Assembly (NCBI GenBank): GCA_040882845.1
Contig: JBBEAM010000001.1
Span: 48,142-112,141, forward strand
Source of the DNA: Rhodovibrionaceae bacterium
Lineage (GTDB): Bacteria > Pseudomonadota > Alphaproteobacteria > Kiloniellales > DSM-21159
Length of the DNA stretch: 64,000 nt
Direction of reading: 5' to 3'
Under the pieces are notes generated by a model that saw only the letters and a program-made list of their open reading frames with translations, was not told the origin of the DNA and did not search any database. Each line of letters opens with the position of its first letter. The stretch's first letter is position 1. Of this stretch, positions 11,049-22,405 are shown piece after piece. The translations under genes and the position numbers were made by a program.

Positions 11049-11713
11049 CAGCCCTGGCCGCGCAGCCGGCGGATGTTCTCGGCGTAGCTGCCGGGCCCGC
11101 CCGCGAAGCTCGAGGTTCCGGCGACCAGGACGTCGGCGCCGGCCGAGATCGCATCGCGCGCCGTCTCGACGGTGATTCCGCCGTCGATCTCCAGGTCGAT
11201 GTCGCGGCCGCTGTCGTCGATCTTGCGGCGCAGTACCTCAAGTTTCTTCAGCGCCGAGGGGATGAAGGCCTGGCCCCCGAAACCCGGATTGACGCTCATC
11301 ACCAGGATCAGGTCGAGCTCCTCGAGCACGGCGTCGACGCTGTCGGCCGGGGTTGCCGGGTTGAGCACCAGCCCCGCCTTCTTGCCGTGCGCCTTGATCA
11401 GCTGCACCGTACGGTGGACGTGCGGTCCGGCTTCGGGATGGAAGGAGATGATGTCGGCCCCGGCCTCGGCGAAGCCGGCGATGAAGGGGTCGACCGGCGC
11501 GATCATCAGATGCACGTCGAAAGGCAGACTGGAATGCGGCCGTAGCGCGGAGACCACCTGCGGGCCGAAGGTGATGTTGGGGACGAAGTGCCCGTCCATC
11601 ACGTCGAGGTGGATGTAGTCGGCGCCGGCCTCGGCGATCGCACGGAGGTCCTCACCCAGACGGGCGAAGTCGGCGGCGAGCATGGAGGGGGCGACGCGAA
11701 TCGGCTGCTGCAT
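11048..11713 (-). CDS. rpe: ribulose-phosphate 3-epimerase
   Basis: 221 aa with IAPSMLAADFARLGEDL...YIHLDVMDGHFVPNITFG...HLM...VMSVNPGFGGQ..., the canonical Rpe motifs. Confidence 0.95.
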   Translation of the reverse strand: MQQPIRVAPSMLAADFARLGEDLRAIAEAGADYIHLDVMDGHFVPNITFGPQVVSALRPHSSLPFDVHLMIAPVDPFIAGFAEAGADIISFHPEAGPHVHRTVQLIKAHGKKAGLVLNPATPADSVDAVLEELDLILVMSVNPGFGGQAFIPSALKKLEVLRRKIDDSGRDIDLEIDGGITVETARDAISAGADVLVAGTSSFAGGPGSYAENIRRLRGQG

Positions 11714-11736
11714 CCGCTTTAGGTATCAGCAAGCCC

Positions 11737-13101
11737 CTAAGCCTTCAAGCGCAGGCGGCAGGCATAGAAGCCGTCGATCCCGCCGGACTCGGCGAGATGG
11801 CAGGGTAAAGTCCGCAGATCGCCGGCCGGGCTCAGCCAGGGGCGCAGCAGGTCGAGGCCCTGCGCGAAGCAGGCCGCGCCCTCCGCCGCGGCGCTGTCGG
11901 CGGCCTCCGCGCTCAGCAATTCCTCGGGCTGGACCGGAATCCGCTCGACCCGGCCGCTGGCGAGCAGCGCTTCGATCCGCGCCGCTCCCTCCTCGGGCTG
12001 CAGGGAGCAGACCGCGTAGACCAAGAGCCCGCCTGGCTTGAGCATCTCCAGGGCGGCGGCGAGCAGAGCGTCCTGGGTCGCGGTCAGTGCGGCGACGTCC
12101 TCCGGCGTCTTGAGCCAGGCGATGTCGGGATGGCGGCGCAGAGTGCCGCTGGCGCTGCAGGGCGCGTCGAGCAGGATGGCGTCGGCGGGCTCCTGCGGCC
12201 GCCAGGTCCGGGCGTCGGCGGCGACGGTCTCGGCGGCCAGGCCGAGGCGCTGTAGATTTTCCGTGACCAGGGCGAGGCGCGCCTCGGAAAGGTCGACGGC
12301 GGTGACCCGGGCGCCGGCGGCGGCGAGCTGCGCGGTCTTGCCGCCGGGCGCGGCGCAGAGGTCGATCACCCGCTGGCCCTCGAGCGGCTGCAGCAGCCGT
12401 GCCGGCAGGGCGGCGGCGGCATCCTGCACCCACCAGGCGCCCTCGGCATAGCCGGGCAGACGGCGCACGTCGCCGGCGCCGGATTGCAGGCGCAGCGAAC
12501 CGCTCGGCAGCAGGGTGGCGTCCAGGGGCTCGAGCCACTCCGCGGGTGCGCCGCGCGGGGTCAGGTCGAGCGGCGGCTCTTGCAGGCTGGCCTGGGCGAT
12601 TGCGGCGGCGGTCTCGGCCCCATAGGCGGCTTCCCAGGACTCCCGGAGCCAGCCGGGCAGGTTCAGCCGGGCGGCGTCCTGGGTTTCCAGGATCGCCTCG
12701 CCCTCGCGTCCGAGGCGGCGCAGCACCGCGTTGAGCAGGCCCTTGAAGTTGCCGAGCTTCTGGCGCTGGGCGAGGTCGAGGGCGGTGCTGACCGCGGCGT
12801 GGGGCGGGGTCTGCAGGAACAGCAGCTGCGCCGCCGCCAGGCGCATCAGATTCTGCAGCCGCGCCAGATCGGGCTTCAGCGGCTTGTCGAGCAGGCTGTC
12901 CAGCGCGGCGTCGATCTGCCCCAGGCGGCGCAGCGTGGTGGCGGTCAGCATCCGCACGAAGGCGCGGTCGCGCCCCGACAGCCGGGCCAGCGCCGCATGC
13001 TCGGCGAAGGCCAGATCGAGCGGGCGGCGGCGCAGCAGCACCGAATCGAGCAATTGCCAGGCGATCAGGCGGCTATCGGGGGTCTGTCGGGTTTCGTTCA
13101 T
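11737..13101 (-). CDS. rsmB: 16S rRNA (cytosine-C5) methyltransferase, RsmB/Sun family
   Basis: 454 aa. NusB-like N-terminal part, then VIDLCAAPGGKT (SAM motif), ILLDAPCSASGTLRRHPD and LVYAVCSL (catalytic Cys motifs). Confidence 0.85.
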   Translation of the reverse strand: MNETRQTPDSRLIAWQLLDSVLLRRRPLDLAFAEHAALARLSGRDRAFVRMLTATTLRRLGQIDAALDSLLDKPLKPDLARLQNLMRLAAAQLLFLQTPPHAAVSTALDLAQRQKLGNFKGLLNAVLRRLGREGEAILETQDAARLNLPGWLRESWEAAYGAETAAAIAQASLQEPPLDLTPRGAPAEWLEPLDATLLPSGSLRLQSGAGDVRRLPGYAEGAWWVQDAAAALPARLLQPLEGQRVIDLCAAPGGKTAQLAAAGARVTAVDLSEARLALVTENLQRLGLAAETVAADARTWRPQEPADAILLDAPCSASGTLRRHPDIAWLKTPEDVAALTATQDALLAAALEMLKPGGLLVYAVCSLQPEEGAARIEALLASGRVERIPVQPEELLSAEAADSAAAEGAACFAQGLDLLRPWLSPAGDLRTLPCHLAESGGIDGFYACRLRLKA

Positions 13102-13184
13102 CGTCCGTGGTCTAACGGCTGCGGTGATAAAAAAACAGCGGGAAGATGAAATCCCTGCCGCGGGCAGCGCGGCTGTTTATCGGC

Positions 13185-14102
13185 TCAGCCCCAGGGCCCG
13201 CGCTCGCCGCCGGACTCCGGGAGGATCGACTCGCCGCGAGCCGTGGCCGTCGCGCGGTCTTGGGTCATCTCCCCGGCCATGTCCTTCAGCCGGGCGATAC
13301 GTTCGGCGGTCTTGGGGTGGGTCGAAAACAGACCGTCGAGCTTCTGCGTGTGCAGCGGATTGATGATGAAGATGTGGGCCGAAGCGGGATTTTCCTCGGC
13401 TTCGCGGTTGTCGATGCCGCGCGAGCCGCGCTCCAGCTTCTCCAGCGCGGAAGCGAGCCACAGCGGCTGGCCGGAGATCTCCGCGCCACCCCGGTCGGCG
13501 CCGTACTCGCGGGTGCGCGAGATCGCCATCTGCACCAGAGCGGCGGCGAAGGGCGCCAGGAACATCAGGGCGATGGTGCCGATCAGGCCGAGCGGATTGT
13601 TGCGGTTGCCGCCGAAGAACAGGGCGAAGTTCGCCAGCATTCCGATCGCTCCAGCGAGCACCGCGGTCACCGTCATGATCAGGGTATCGCGGTTGCGCAC
13701 ATGCGCCAGCTCGTGCGCCATCACCCCGGCCACTTCCTCGCGGCTGAGGTGCAGCAGCAGGCCGGTGGTCGCAGCCACGGCGGCATTCTCGGGATTGCGG
13801 CCGGTGGCAAAGGCGTTGGGCTGCGGGTTGTCGACGATGTAGGTGCGGGGCATCGGCAGGCCGGCGCGCTGCGCCAGATCGGCGACGATGCCGTGGAACT
13901 CCGGCGCGCTGCGGGCATCGACCTCGCGCGCCTTGTACATCTTCAAAACCAGCTTGTCGGCGTTCCAGTAGGCGAAGCCGTTCATCGCTATCGCCGCGCC
14001 CAAGGCGATGAGGATTCCCATCTCGCCGGCGAGCAGAAAGCCGACGACCAGGAAGATCGCCGTCATGGCGGCGAGAAGAAGTCCGGTGCGCAGCGTATTC
14101 AT
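13185..14102 (-). CDS. htpX: zinc metalloprotease HtpX homolog
   Basis: 305 aa. Membrane helices plus the HELAHV zinc motif ([13 protein letters not shown]) and the distal REYGADRGG block. Confidence 0.9.
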   Translation of the reverse strand: MNTLRTGLLLAAMTAIFLVVGFLLAGEMGILIALGAAIAMNGFAYWNADKLVLKMYKAREVDARSAPEFHGIVADLAQRAGLPMPRTYIVDNPQPNAFATGRNPENAAVAATTGLLLHLSREEVAGVMAHELAHVRNRDTLIMTVTAVLAGAIGMLANFALFFGGNRNNPLGLIGTIALMFLAPFAAALVQMAISRTREYGADRGGAEISGQPLWLASALEKLERGSRGIDNREAEENPASAHIFIINPLHTQKLDGLFSTHPKTAERIARLKDMAGEMTQDRATATARGESILPESGGERGPWG

Positions 14103-14193
14103 CGTTGGGGTATCCGCGTAAGTTCTGTTGGCATATCAGGAAATTTGCGCCGCTTTTCAAGTAGCCCGGCGCCGGCGTCGAAGGGAGTTTATC

Positions 14194-15528
14194 TTGAAAG
14201 TCAGCGAATTAGGCGGCGCCGTCTTCTCCGTCCTCTGGGACGAGATCAGCGCGGTCCGCACGGCTCTGTGGTTCCGGCCGACGGCCTTCTGCCTGCTCGC
14301 CATCCTTCTGGCGTTGCTCGTCGCCGCGGCGGACGACCTGCTGCCGAAGGCAGCGCTGTCCTGGCTGCCGGAGGTCGAGAAGCAAAGCCTGCACGACCTG
14401 TTGAGCCTGCTGACCCAGGGCATGCTGACCGTCTCCACGGTGACGCTGTCGGTGCTGATGCTGGTGCTCAATCTCGCCGCCGGCCAGGCCTCGCCGCGCG
14501 CGGTGCCGGAGATGATGGCCGACGAGGTGACCCAGAACGCCCTCAGCTCCTTCCTCGCGACCTTCGTCTTCTCCCTGACCGCGCTGATGCTGCTCGGGTT
14601 CGACGGAATCGAGGCGTCCGGGGTCTCGCTGACCTTCTTCTGCGCGCTGGCCTTGATCCTCAACGCGCTGCGCTATCTGGTGCAGTGGATCCATCACGTC
14701 GCCTCGGCGATGAAGATCAACCGGATTGTCAGCCGGGTGCATCGTCAGGCCCAGGAGGTGCTGTCGACCTATCTGGAGCAAGGCGAGGAAGAGGACGCGG
14801 GCGCGCCACGCAAAGGCAAAGGCAAGCCAGAGACGCTCCGCGCCAAGCAAAGCGGCTACGTGCGCGTCGTCGATGCCGGGGAACTCGGCACCTTGGCCGA
14901 GGAGCACGCGCTGGTGCTGCAGCTCGCGGTCAAGGAAGGCGATTTCGTCCACCCTCATCGCCCGCTCCTGCAGGTCTGGGGCGTCGCACTCGACGGCGAC
15001 GGGGAAGACGCCAGGGATCTGGCGGCGGCGCTGCGCCTCGCCGTGGTGGTCGACTACGAGCGCAGTCCGGAGAAGGATCCCCTGCTGGGGGTCGAGCTGC
15101 TGGCGGAGATCGCCAGCCGGGCGCTCTCCCCCGGGGTCAACGATCCCCAGACGGCGCTGGTCTGCCTCGATCACCTCGGCGGGCTGCTCGCCCAGGCGGC
15201 GGCGCTGCCGCCCGGGGATTACCCGCCGGCCTGCCCGGGGAAGGGCCGGGTGAAGCTGCTCCGCGTCGACTTCGCGGCGCTGCTGGAACGGGCGCTGCGC
15301 CCGGCGATGCGCGACGGCGCCGGCCAGGCGGAGGTGATCTGTCGGGTGATGACCGTGCTGGGCGATCTGGCGGAGACCGCGGATCCAGCCTATTACGATC
15401 TGCTTGCGGAGGAAGCGGCGCGGGCCGAGGCCTTCGGAAAGGCGGAGCTGATCCTGGAGCAGGACAGGAAGCTCCTCGCCAAGGGCGCCCAGGTGTTGCA
15501 GGAACGCATCGCGGCGCGGAAGTCTTGA
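14194..15528 (+). CDS. DUF2254-type membrane protein
   Basis: N-terminal helices (WFRPTAFCLLAILLALLV..., LLTQGMLTVSTVTLSVLMLVL) followed by a soluble C-terminal half. I prefer the TTG start at 14194, preceded by aagggag, over the track start at 14128, which lies only 25 nt from the divergent htpX start. Confidence 0.65.
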   Translation: MKVSELGGAVFSVLWDEISAVRTALWFRPTAFCLLAILLALLVAAADDLLPKAALSWLPEVEKQSLHDLLSLLTQGMLTVSTVTLSVLMLVLNLAAGQASPRAVPEMMADEVTQNALSSFLATFVFSLTALMLLGFDGIEASGVSLTFFCALALILNALRYLVQWIHHVASAMKINRIVSRVHRQAQEVLSTYLEQGEEEDAGAPRKGKGKPETLRAKQSGYVRVVDAGELGTLAEEHALVLQLAVKEGDFVHPHRPLLQVWGVALDGDGEDARDLAAALRLAVVVDYERSPEKDPLLGVELLAEIASRALSPGVNDPQTALVCLDHLGGLLAQAAALPPGDYPPACPGKGRVKLLRVDFAALLERALRPAMRDGAGQAEVICRVMTVLGDLAETADPAYYDLLAEEAARAEAFGKAELILEQDRKLLAKGAQVLQERIAARKS

Positions 15529-15559
15529 GCCCGGCGGCGGCGCGCGCCATATTCGGATC

Positions 15560-15808
15560 ATGAGCCTGGAGTTCAAGAGCCGCCGGCCCGCGCCGGCAAA
15601 GCCCGCCGCCAAGGCCCCTCAGCCCTCCGCCGCCGCGCGGAAGGAGGAGGCCGCGCGCCAGCGCGCCGCCGCCCACGCCGGCCAGGCGCTGAAGGACGCC
15701 CAGGCCGCCAAGCAGGCGCAGCGGGAAAAGGAGATCGGCGGGCCCGAGGGGCCGGAGCCGACCCGCTACGGCGACTGGGAACGCAAGGGCATCTGCTACG
15801 ACTTCTAG
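15560..15808 (+). CDS. DUF1674 (SDHAF4-like) small protein
   Basis: 82 aa ending in PEPTRYGDWERKGICYDF, the characteristic DUF1674 C-terminus. Confidence 0.85.
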   Translation: MSLEFKSRRPAPAKPAAKAPQPSAAARKEEAARQRAAAHAGQALKDAQAAKQAQREKEIGGPEGPEPTRYGDWERKGICYDF

Positions 15809-15848
15809 CGTCTTGACGCTTTTCGCAGGCTGCGGCTGACTGCCGGGT

Positions 15849-17057
15849 ATGAACCGCCTGGAAGCCCTCTCCGAAAGCATCGACCAGGTCGCGCTGCGCG
15901 CCTATCGCCTGAAGCGGGTGCAGGAGCGGCTGCGGCAGGAAGACTGCGCTGCGGCGGTGCTGTTCGACCCGATCAACATCCGCTACGCCACCGGCAGCCG
16001 CAACATGGCGGTTTGGACCCTGCACAACCATGTCCGCTACGCCTTCGTGCCTGCCGAGGGCCTGCCGGTGCTGTTCGAGTTCGGCGCCGGCCGCCTGGCG
16101 ACTCCGGCCGAGGCGCTGGAGACCGTCGGCGAGGTCCGCCCGCCGCGCGGCTGGACCTATTTCTATAGCGGCGACAAGAAGCCCGAGCATGTCCAGCTCT
16201 GGGCCGCCGAGCTGGCCGGGCTGCTGCGCGAGACCGGCGGCGGCAACCGCCGCGTCGCCTTCGACCATCTCGACCCCCTCGGCCTCCATGCCCTGCAGGC
16301 GCAGCAGGTCACGGTCACCGACGGCGAAGCGCTGATGGAACGCGCGCGGCTGATCAAGTCGGCCGAGGAGATCGCCTGCATCAAGCTGGCGATTGCTGTC
16401 GCCGAGCTCGGCATGGCGCGGATGCGGACGGCGCTGCGCCCCGGACTCAGCGAGAACGCGCTGTGGTCGATCCTGCACCAGACCAACATCGAGCACGACG
16501 GCGAGTGGATCGAGACCCGGCTGCTGTCCTCGGGTCCGCGCACCAATCCCTGGATGCAGGAGTCGAGTCCGCGGGCGATCGAGGCCGGCGATCTGGTCGC
16601 CTTCGACACCGACATGATCGGGCCGAACGGCTACTGCGCCGATATCTCGCGAACCTACCTCTGCGGCGGCGGCCCGGCCTCGCCGGAGCAGAAGGCGCTC
16701 TATGCCGCCTCCGCCGAGCAGCTGGCGCACAACTTCGAACAGCTCAAACCGGGCCGCAGCTTCCGCGAGGTGGTGGAGTCCGAATGGAGCTTCCCGCAGC
16801 GCTACCTGCACTCCCGCTACGGCTTCGCCCACGGCGTCGGGATGGCCGACGAGTTTCCCTTCCTGCCCAACCGTGCCGTCATCGACCGCCTGTCGAATCC
16901 CGACGATATCGTCGAGCCGGGCATGGTCTTTTCGATCGAGAGCTACATCGGCGAGGTCGGCGGCAAGGAGGGGGTGAAGCTGGAGGACCAGCTGCTGATC
17001 ACCGAGTCCGGGCCGGAGCTGCTGTCGCACTTCCCCCTGGAGGATTCTCTCCGCTAG
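15849..17057 (+). CDS. M24 family metallopeptidase-fold protein (creatinase/prolidase fold; N-terminus reminiscent of DddP)
   Basis: 402 aa. N-terminal creatinase-like domain (VLFDPINIRYATGSRNMAVWTLHN) and C-terminal pita-bread domain with metal-ligand style blocks (LVAFDTDMIGPNGYCADISRTY, HGVGM, SIESYIG, VKLEDQLLIT). Confidence 0.8.
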   Translation: MNRLEALSESIDQVALRAYRLKRVQERLRQEDCAAAVLFDPINIRYATGSRNMAVWTLHNHVRYAFVPAEGLPVLFEFGAGRLATPAEALETVGEVRPPRGWTYFYSGDKKPEHVQLWAAELAGLLRETGGGNRRVAFDHLDPLGLHALQAQQVTVTDGEALMERARLIKSAEEIACIKLAIAVAELGMARMRTALRPGLSENALWSILHQTNIEHDGEWIETRLLSSGPRTNPWMQESSPRAIEAGDLVAFDTDMIGPNGYCADISRTYLCGGGPASPEQKALYAASAEQLAHNFEQLKPGRSFREVVESEWSFPQRYLHSRYGFAHGVGMADEFPFLPNRAVIDRLSNPDDIVEPGMVFSIESYIGEVGGKEGVKLEDQLLITESGPELLSHFPLEDSLR

Positions 17058-17776
17058 CTTTTGGCGTCGTGGAAGATGATGCCCAGGGTGCGGCGGTGGC
17101 CCGCCCGCAGCTCGCTGACTCCGTGGCGCATCGCCACCCGATAAGCGCCGCGCTTGCCCTCGGCAGGACGATGGTTGACGGCGAAGACCACGGCATCGCC
17201 CTTGGCCAGCGGCACCACCTGGGCGCGCGACTGGCGGCGCGGCCGCTGCTCGGTCAGGACGAACTCGCCGCCTTCGAAATCCTTGCCCGGCTGGTCGAGC
17301 AGCACCGCCGCCTGCAGCGGGAAGACATGCTCCCCATAGAGATCCTGGTGCAGGCAGTTGTAGCCGCCCTCGGCGTAGTCCAGGATCAGCGGCGTCGCCC
17401 GCTTCTGCCCCGCGGCGTGGCAGCGTTCGAGAAAGGCCGCGTGCTCCGGTGGGAAGGAGATGTCTTGCCGCAGCCGCGCGGCCCAGCGGTTGGCGAGCGG
17501 AGCGAGATGGGGGTAGAGGGCGCCGCGCAGCCGTGCCACCGGATCCGGCAGGGGATAGTCGAAATAGCGGTACGCGCCGAGGCCGTAGCCATGGCGGGCC
17601 ATGACCACGGTCTTGCGGAAACGCGCCTCCTCGGCGTAGAGCGCTGCGACGGCGTCGCAGGCGCTCTTCGAAAGCAGCTTCGGCAGCAGCGCCCAGCCCC
17701 GACCGTCGAGATCGGCGCAGACCGCCGGCCAGTCATAGGCGGCGATCCGGTGCAGCAGGGTCTCGGAGTCCGCCAT
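17054..17776 (-). CDS. 2OG-Fe(II) oxygenase superfamily protein, Ada-associated
   Basis: 240 aa. HxD motif in NCLHQDLYGE, distal His in VAMRHGVSELRAG, and an RxS-like 2OG anchor nearby. Starts 10 nt after the Ada zinc-domain gene stop. Confidence 0.7.
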   Translation of the reverse strand: MADSETLLHRIAAYDWPAVCADLDGRGWALLPKLLSKSACDAVAALYAEEARFRKTVVMARHGYGLGAYRYFDYPLPDPVARLRGALYPHLAPLANRWAARLRQDISFPPEHAAFLERCHAAGQKRATPLILDYAEGGYNCLHQDLYGEHVFPLQAAVLLDQPGKDFEGGEFVLTEQRPRRQSRAQVVPLAKGDAVVFAVNHRPAEGKRGAYRVAMRHGVSELRAGHRRTLGIIFHDAKS

Positions 17777-17786
17777 CCGGCGCCTC

Positions 17787-18020
17787 TCATCTGTCCGGGC
17801 GGCAGCGCTTGCAGGGGCGGTACCCGGCGCGCGCCGCCTCCGCTCCGCTGCGATGGAACCGCACGTTCTTGCGCAGCGGCCGCCCGGGGCAGGAGGGGCG
17901 GCAGAAGACGCCGGTGGTTCCTACGGAAAAGACGAAGTGGCTGTCTGCCGCTGTATCGCGCCGCTGCATCGCGGCCCATTTCTCGTCGTCGCTGGCGAAG
18001 GCCTGCGGTCGGTCGGTCAT
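17787..18020 (-). CDS. standalone Ada N-terminal zinc-binding domain protein (methylphosphotriester acceptor domain)
   Basis: 77 aa. FVFSVGTTGVFCRPSCPGRPLRKNVRFH...GYRPCKRCRP carries the CxxxC...CxxC four-Cys arrangement of the Ada N-domain. No AraC HTH or MGMT domain follows. Confidence 0.8.
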   Translation of the reverse strand: MTDRPQAFASDDEKWAAMQRRDTAADSHFVFSVGTTGVFCRPSCPGRPLRKNVRFHRSGAEAARAGYRPCKRCRPDR

Positions 18021-18096
18021 GACGAAGCTCCTCGGTGGCGGTTCGGGGACAGTCTGGCTGCGCCGCGCTGCGCGGGCACTCCGATTCTTGCGCTGC

Positions 18097-18843
18097 TCAG
18101 AAACGATTGAGTTCCGTCAGGGAGCGCTTCTGCCGCCCCTCGGAATCGAAGTTCTCCGGCGCCAGCCAGGCCTCGAAGTTGTCGCGCACCCGGGGCCACT
18201 CCTCGGCCAGCAGGGAGTACCAGGCGGTGTCGCGGTTGCGGCCCTTGACGATCATGTGGCGGAAGAACACCCCCTCGTAGCCGAAGCCGAGGCGCCGGGC
18301 GGCGGAACGCGACTTGGCGTTGGCGGCGTTGCACTTCCACTCCAGCCGGCGGTAGCCGAGATCGTCGAAGGCATGGCGCAGCATCGCATAGAGGGCATCG
18401 GTGGTCTTCGGCGAGCGCTGGATCTCCGGCACGAACCAGATGTGCCCGATCTCGATGCTGGCGTTGCCGGGGACGATGTTGAGGTAGCTCGTCATGCCTT
18501 CGGGCCGGCCGCTGTCCTTGTCGAGGACGGCGTAGAACAGCGGATCCTCGGAGGCGGCGCGCAGCTCGACCCAGGCGGTGAAGGCTTCCGCGTCGGCGAA
18601 GGGACCGTAGGGCAGATAGGCCCAGAGCCGCCGCTTCGTCTCGTCGCCGTGGGACAACTCGAAAAGCGCCTCTGCGTGGCCTGCCATCACCGGCGTCAGC
18701 CGGGTCCGGCGTCCCAGGATGTCCCCGCGCTCGGGCCAGGCCGCGGGCGGCGTCTCCACGGCGTCTTCGCTCAAGCGGCGGCGCCGCGGCGTTTCTTGCT
18801 GCTGGGTCATGTTGTCGGGATCCCTGGACGCGCTCGACGCCAT
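18097..18843 (-). CDS. GNAT family N-acetyltransferase (RimJ/RimL-like)
   Basis: 248 aa. IEIGHIWFVPEIQRSPKTTDALYAMLRHAFDDLGYRRLEWKCNAANAKSRSAARRLGFGYEGVFRHMIV is a typical Acetyltransf_3 core. An alternative ATG at 18810 has a better SD. Confidence 0.8.
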   Translation of the reverse strand: MASSASRDPDNMTQQQETPRRRRLSEDAVETPPAAWPERGDILGRRTRLTPVMAGHAEALFELSHGDETKRRLWAYLPYGPFADAEAFTAWVELRAASEDPLFYAVLDKDSGRPEGMTSYLNIVPGNASIEIGHIWFVPEIQRSPKTTDALYAMLRHAFDDLGYRRLEWKCNAANAKSRSAARRLGFGYEGVFFRHMIVKGRNRDTAWYSLLAEEWPRVRDNFEAWLAPENFDSEGRQKRSLTELNRF

Positions 18844-18855
18844 CTTACGCCAGCG

Positions 18856-20250
18856 CTAGAGCAGAGGCGAGAAGACACGGGCCACGCCCTGCAGCGTCTC
18901 CTCGAAGTAGGAGACCGGCCGCGGCCCTTCCTCACAGTCCGCGAAGGTCTCCTCGAACCACGCGGCGAGCGCTTCGATCTCCGGCTCGGAGTAGAAGAAG
19001 CTCGCAAGTTCGAAGTTGAGGAAGAAGCTGCGCTGGTCGAAGTTGCACGAGCCGATCATGCCGACGCTGTCGTCGATCACCATGGCCTTGGCGTGCAGCA
19101 TCGACGGCGCATAACGGAAAATTCGCGCGCCGCTGTTGTCGAGATCGCGCAGATAGGGGCCACGCGCCAGATCGCAGATCCTGTGGTCGGAGCGCTTCGG
19201 GACCATGATCCTGAGATCGACGCCGCGCCGGGCCGCCAGGCTGAGGGCGCAGCCGAGCGTCTCTCCGGGAATGAAATAAGGGGAGGTGATCCAGAGCCGC
19301 TTCCTGGCGCTGTAGATCATCGCGCCGATGACTTCGAAGAGGCCGTCGCCGACGACGTCGGGCCCGCTTGGCATGGGCTGGACCAGCGCGTCGCCCCTTT
19401 TCTCGATTTCTCCAGCGGTCATCAGCGGGATTCGTTTCCCCGTGGAGAAGAACCAGTCGGAGCGGAAGATGCCGCCGTAGGCGGCGCTGGCCGGGCCTTC
19501 GAGAAGGAAGCTGAGGTCGCAGAAGCTGCCCTCCTCGGGTTCCGGAGAGATATAGAGCTCGCCGATGTTGGTGCCGCCGCTCCACACGCGGCTCTGATCG
19601 GCGATGACGACCTTGCGGTGGTTGCGCAGATTGGCGAGGTTGCGCAGCGCGAAGGAGCGGCGCACCGGGAGAAAGTAGCTGATTTCGCCGCCCGCCTCGG
19701 TCACCGGCGCCAGGAAGGCGTCGTTGGTGCCCATCGAGCCGACGTCGTCGAGCAGCAGCTTGACCTCGACACCGCGCTTGGCGGCTTCGGCCAGGCGGTC
19801 GACCACCAGTTTGCCGATCTTGTCCGGCGCGAAGAGATAGATGTCGATCCAGACCTGTTTTTCCGCGCTATCGATCATCTCGATCAGGCTGGCGTAGGAC
19901 GCGGCGCAGTCGCTCAGCAGCTCGACCCGATTGCCGGGGAAGGCGGCCGGGACGCCGTAGGTGCGAATCAGGGAATCGTGGGCGTTTGCGGGCTCGGGTA
20001 CCGGGCTGTGCAGGGAGTCGAAGTCGATCGGCGACTTCGACCGGTGGCGCCGCTTGTGGACCTTGCGCCAGCCGAAGAAAATGTAGGCGATCACCCCCAG
20101 TACCGGCAGGAAGAACATGAACATCAGCCAGGCGGTGATCGACTGCGCCGGCCGGCGCTCGCGCACCATGTGGTTGACGAAATACAGCGCCAGCGCCCAG
20201 GAGGCGAACAGCAGGATGCCTTCGAAGTACCAGGCGAAATCGGTGACCAT
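18856..20250 (-). CDS. cls: cardiolipin synthase (phospholipase D superfamily)
   Basis: 464 aa. Two N-terminal TM helices and two HKD motifs (NHRKVVIADQ... and MLHAKAMVIDD...GSCNFDQRS). Confidence 0.9.
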   Translation of the reverse strand: MVTDFAWYFEGILLFASWALALYFVNHMVRERRPAQSITAWLMFMFFLPVLGVIAYIFFGWRKVHKRRHRSKSPIDFDSLHSPVPEPANAHDSLIRTYGVPAAFPGNRVELLSDCAASYASLIEMIDSAEKQVWIDIYLFAPDKIGKLVVDRLAEAAKRGVEVKLLLDDVGSMGTNDAFLAPVTEAGGEISYFLPVRRSFALRNLANLRNHRKVVIADQSRVWSGGTNIGELYISPEPEEGSFCDLSFLLEGPASAAYGGIFRSDWFFSTGKRIPLMTAGEIEKRGDALVQPMPSGPDVVGDGLFEVIGAMIYSARKRLWITSPYFIPGETLGCALSLAARRGVDLRIMVPKRSDHRICDLARGPYLRDLDNSGARIFRYAPSMLHAKAMVIDDSVGMIGSCNFDQRSFFLNFELASFFYSEPEIEALAAWFEETFADCEEGPRPVSYFEETLQGVARVFSPLL

Positions 20251-20330
20251 GACTCTCCGGTTGCCCTCCGCGGACTCCTAAGATCGTGCCGCGCCGCGGG
20301 CGATGCAATCTTTGCCGCGACGCGGGCAGC

Positions 20331-20353
20331 AAAAAGGCCCGCCGGATCGGGCC
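20331..20353 (-). terminator. rho-independent terminator downstream of acs
   Basis: Stem ggcccg (20336-20341), loop ccggat, stem cgggcc (20348-20353). The A5 tract at 20331-20335 reads as a T5 tail on the minus strand. Lies 29 nt after the acs stop. Confidence 0.7.
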
Positions 20354-20381
20354 TTTCGCGGGGCGCCGTAACGACGGTCCG

Positions 20382-22325
<1,944 letters not shown>

Positions 22326-22405
22326 GAGTCGCGCTTCCTCTCTGTGAAGTGTCTTCGCGCGGGATTGTTTCGCTTCGCCGCTGCGGGTCTCGATCGCCGG
22401 CGAGT

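Noticed and set aside
9076-11241. 721-aa minus-strand off-frame ORF over the heparinase-like gene and rpe
   Set aside because: Off-frame relative to two genes with clear family motifs. Pro/Arg/Ala-rich composition.
13146-15563. 805-aa plus-strand ORF and the 467-aa minus-strand ORF (14209..15612)
   Set aside because: They overlap htpX (HELAH motif) and the DUF2254 membrane protein. The translations are Arg/Gly-rich with no domain signatures.
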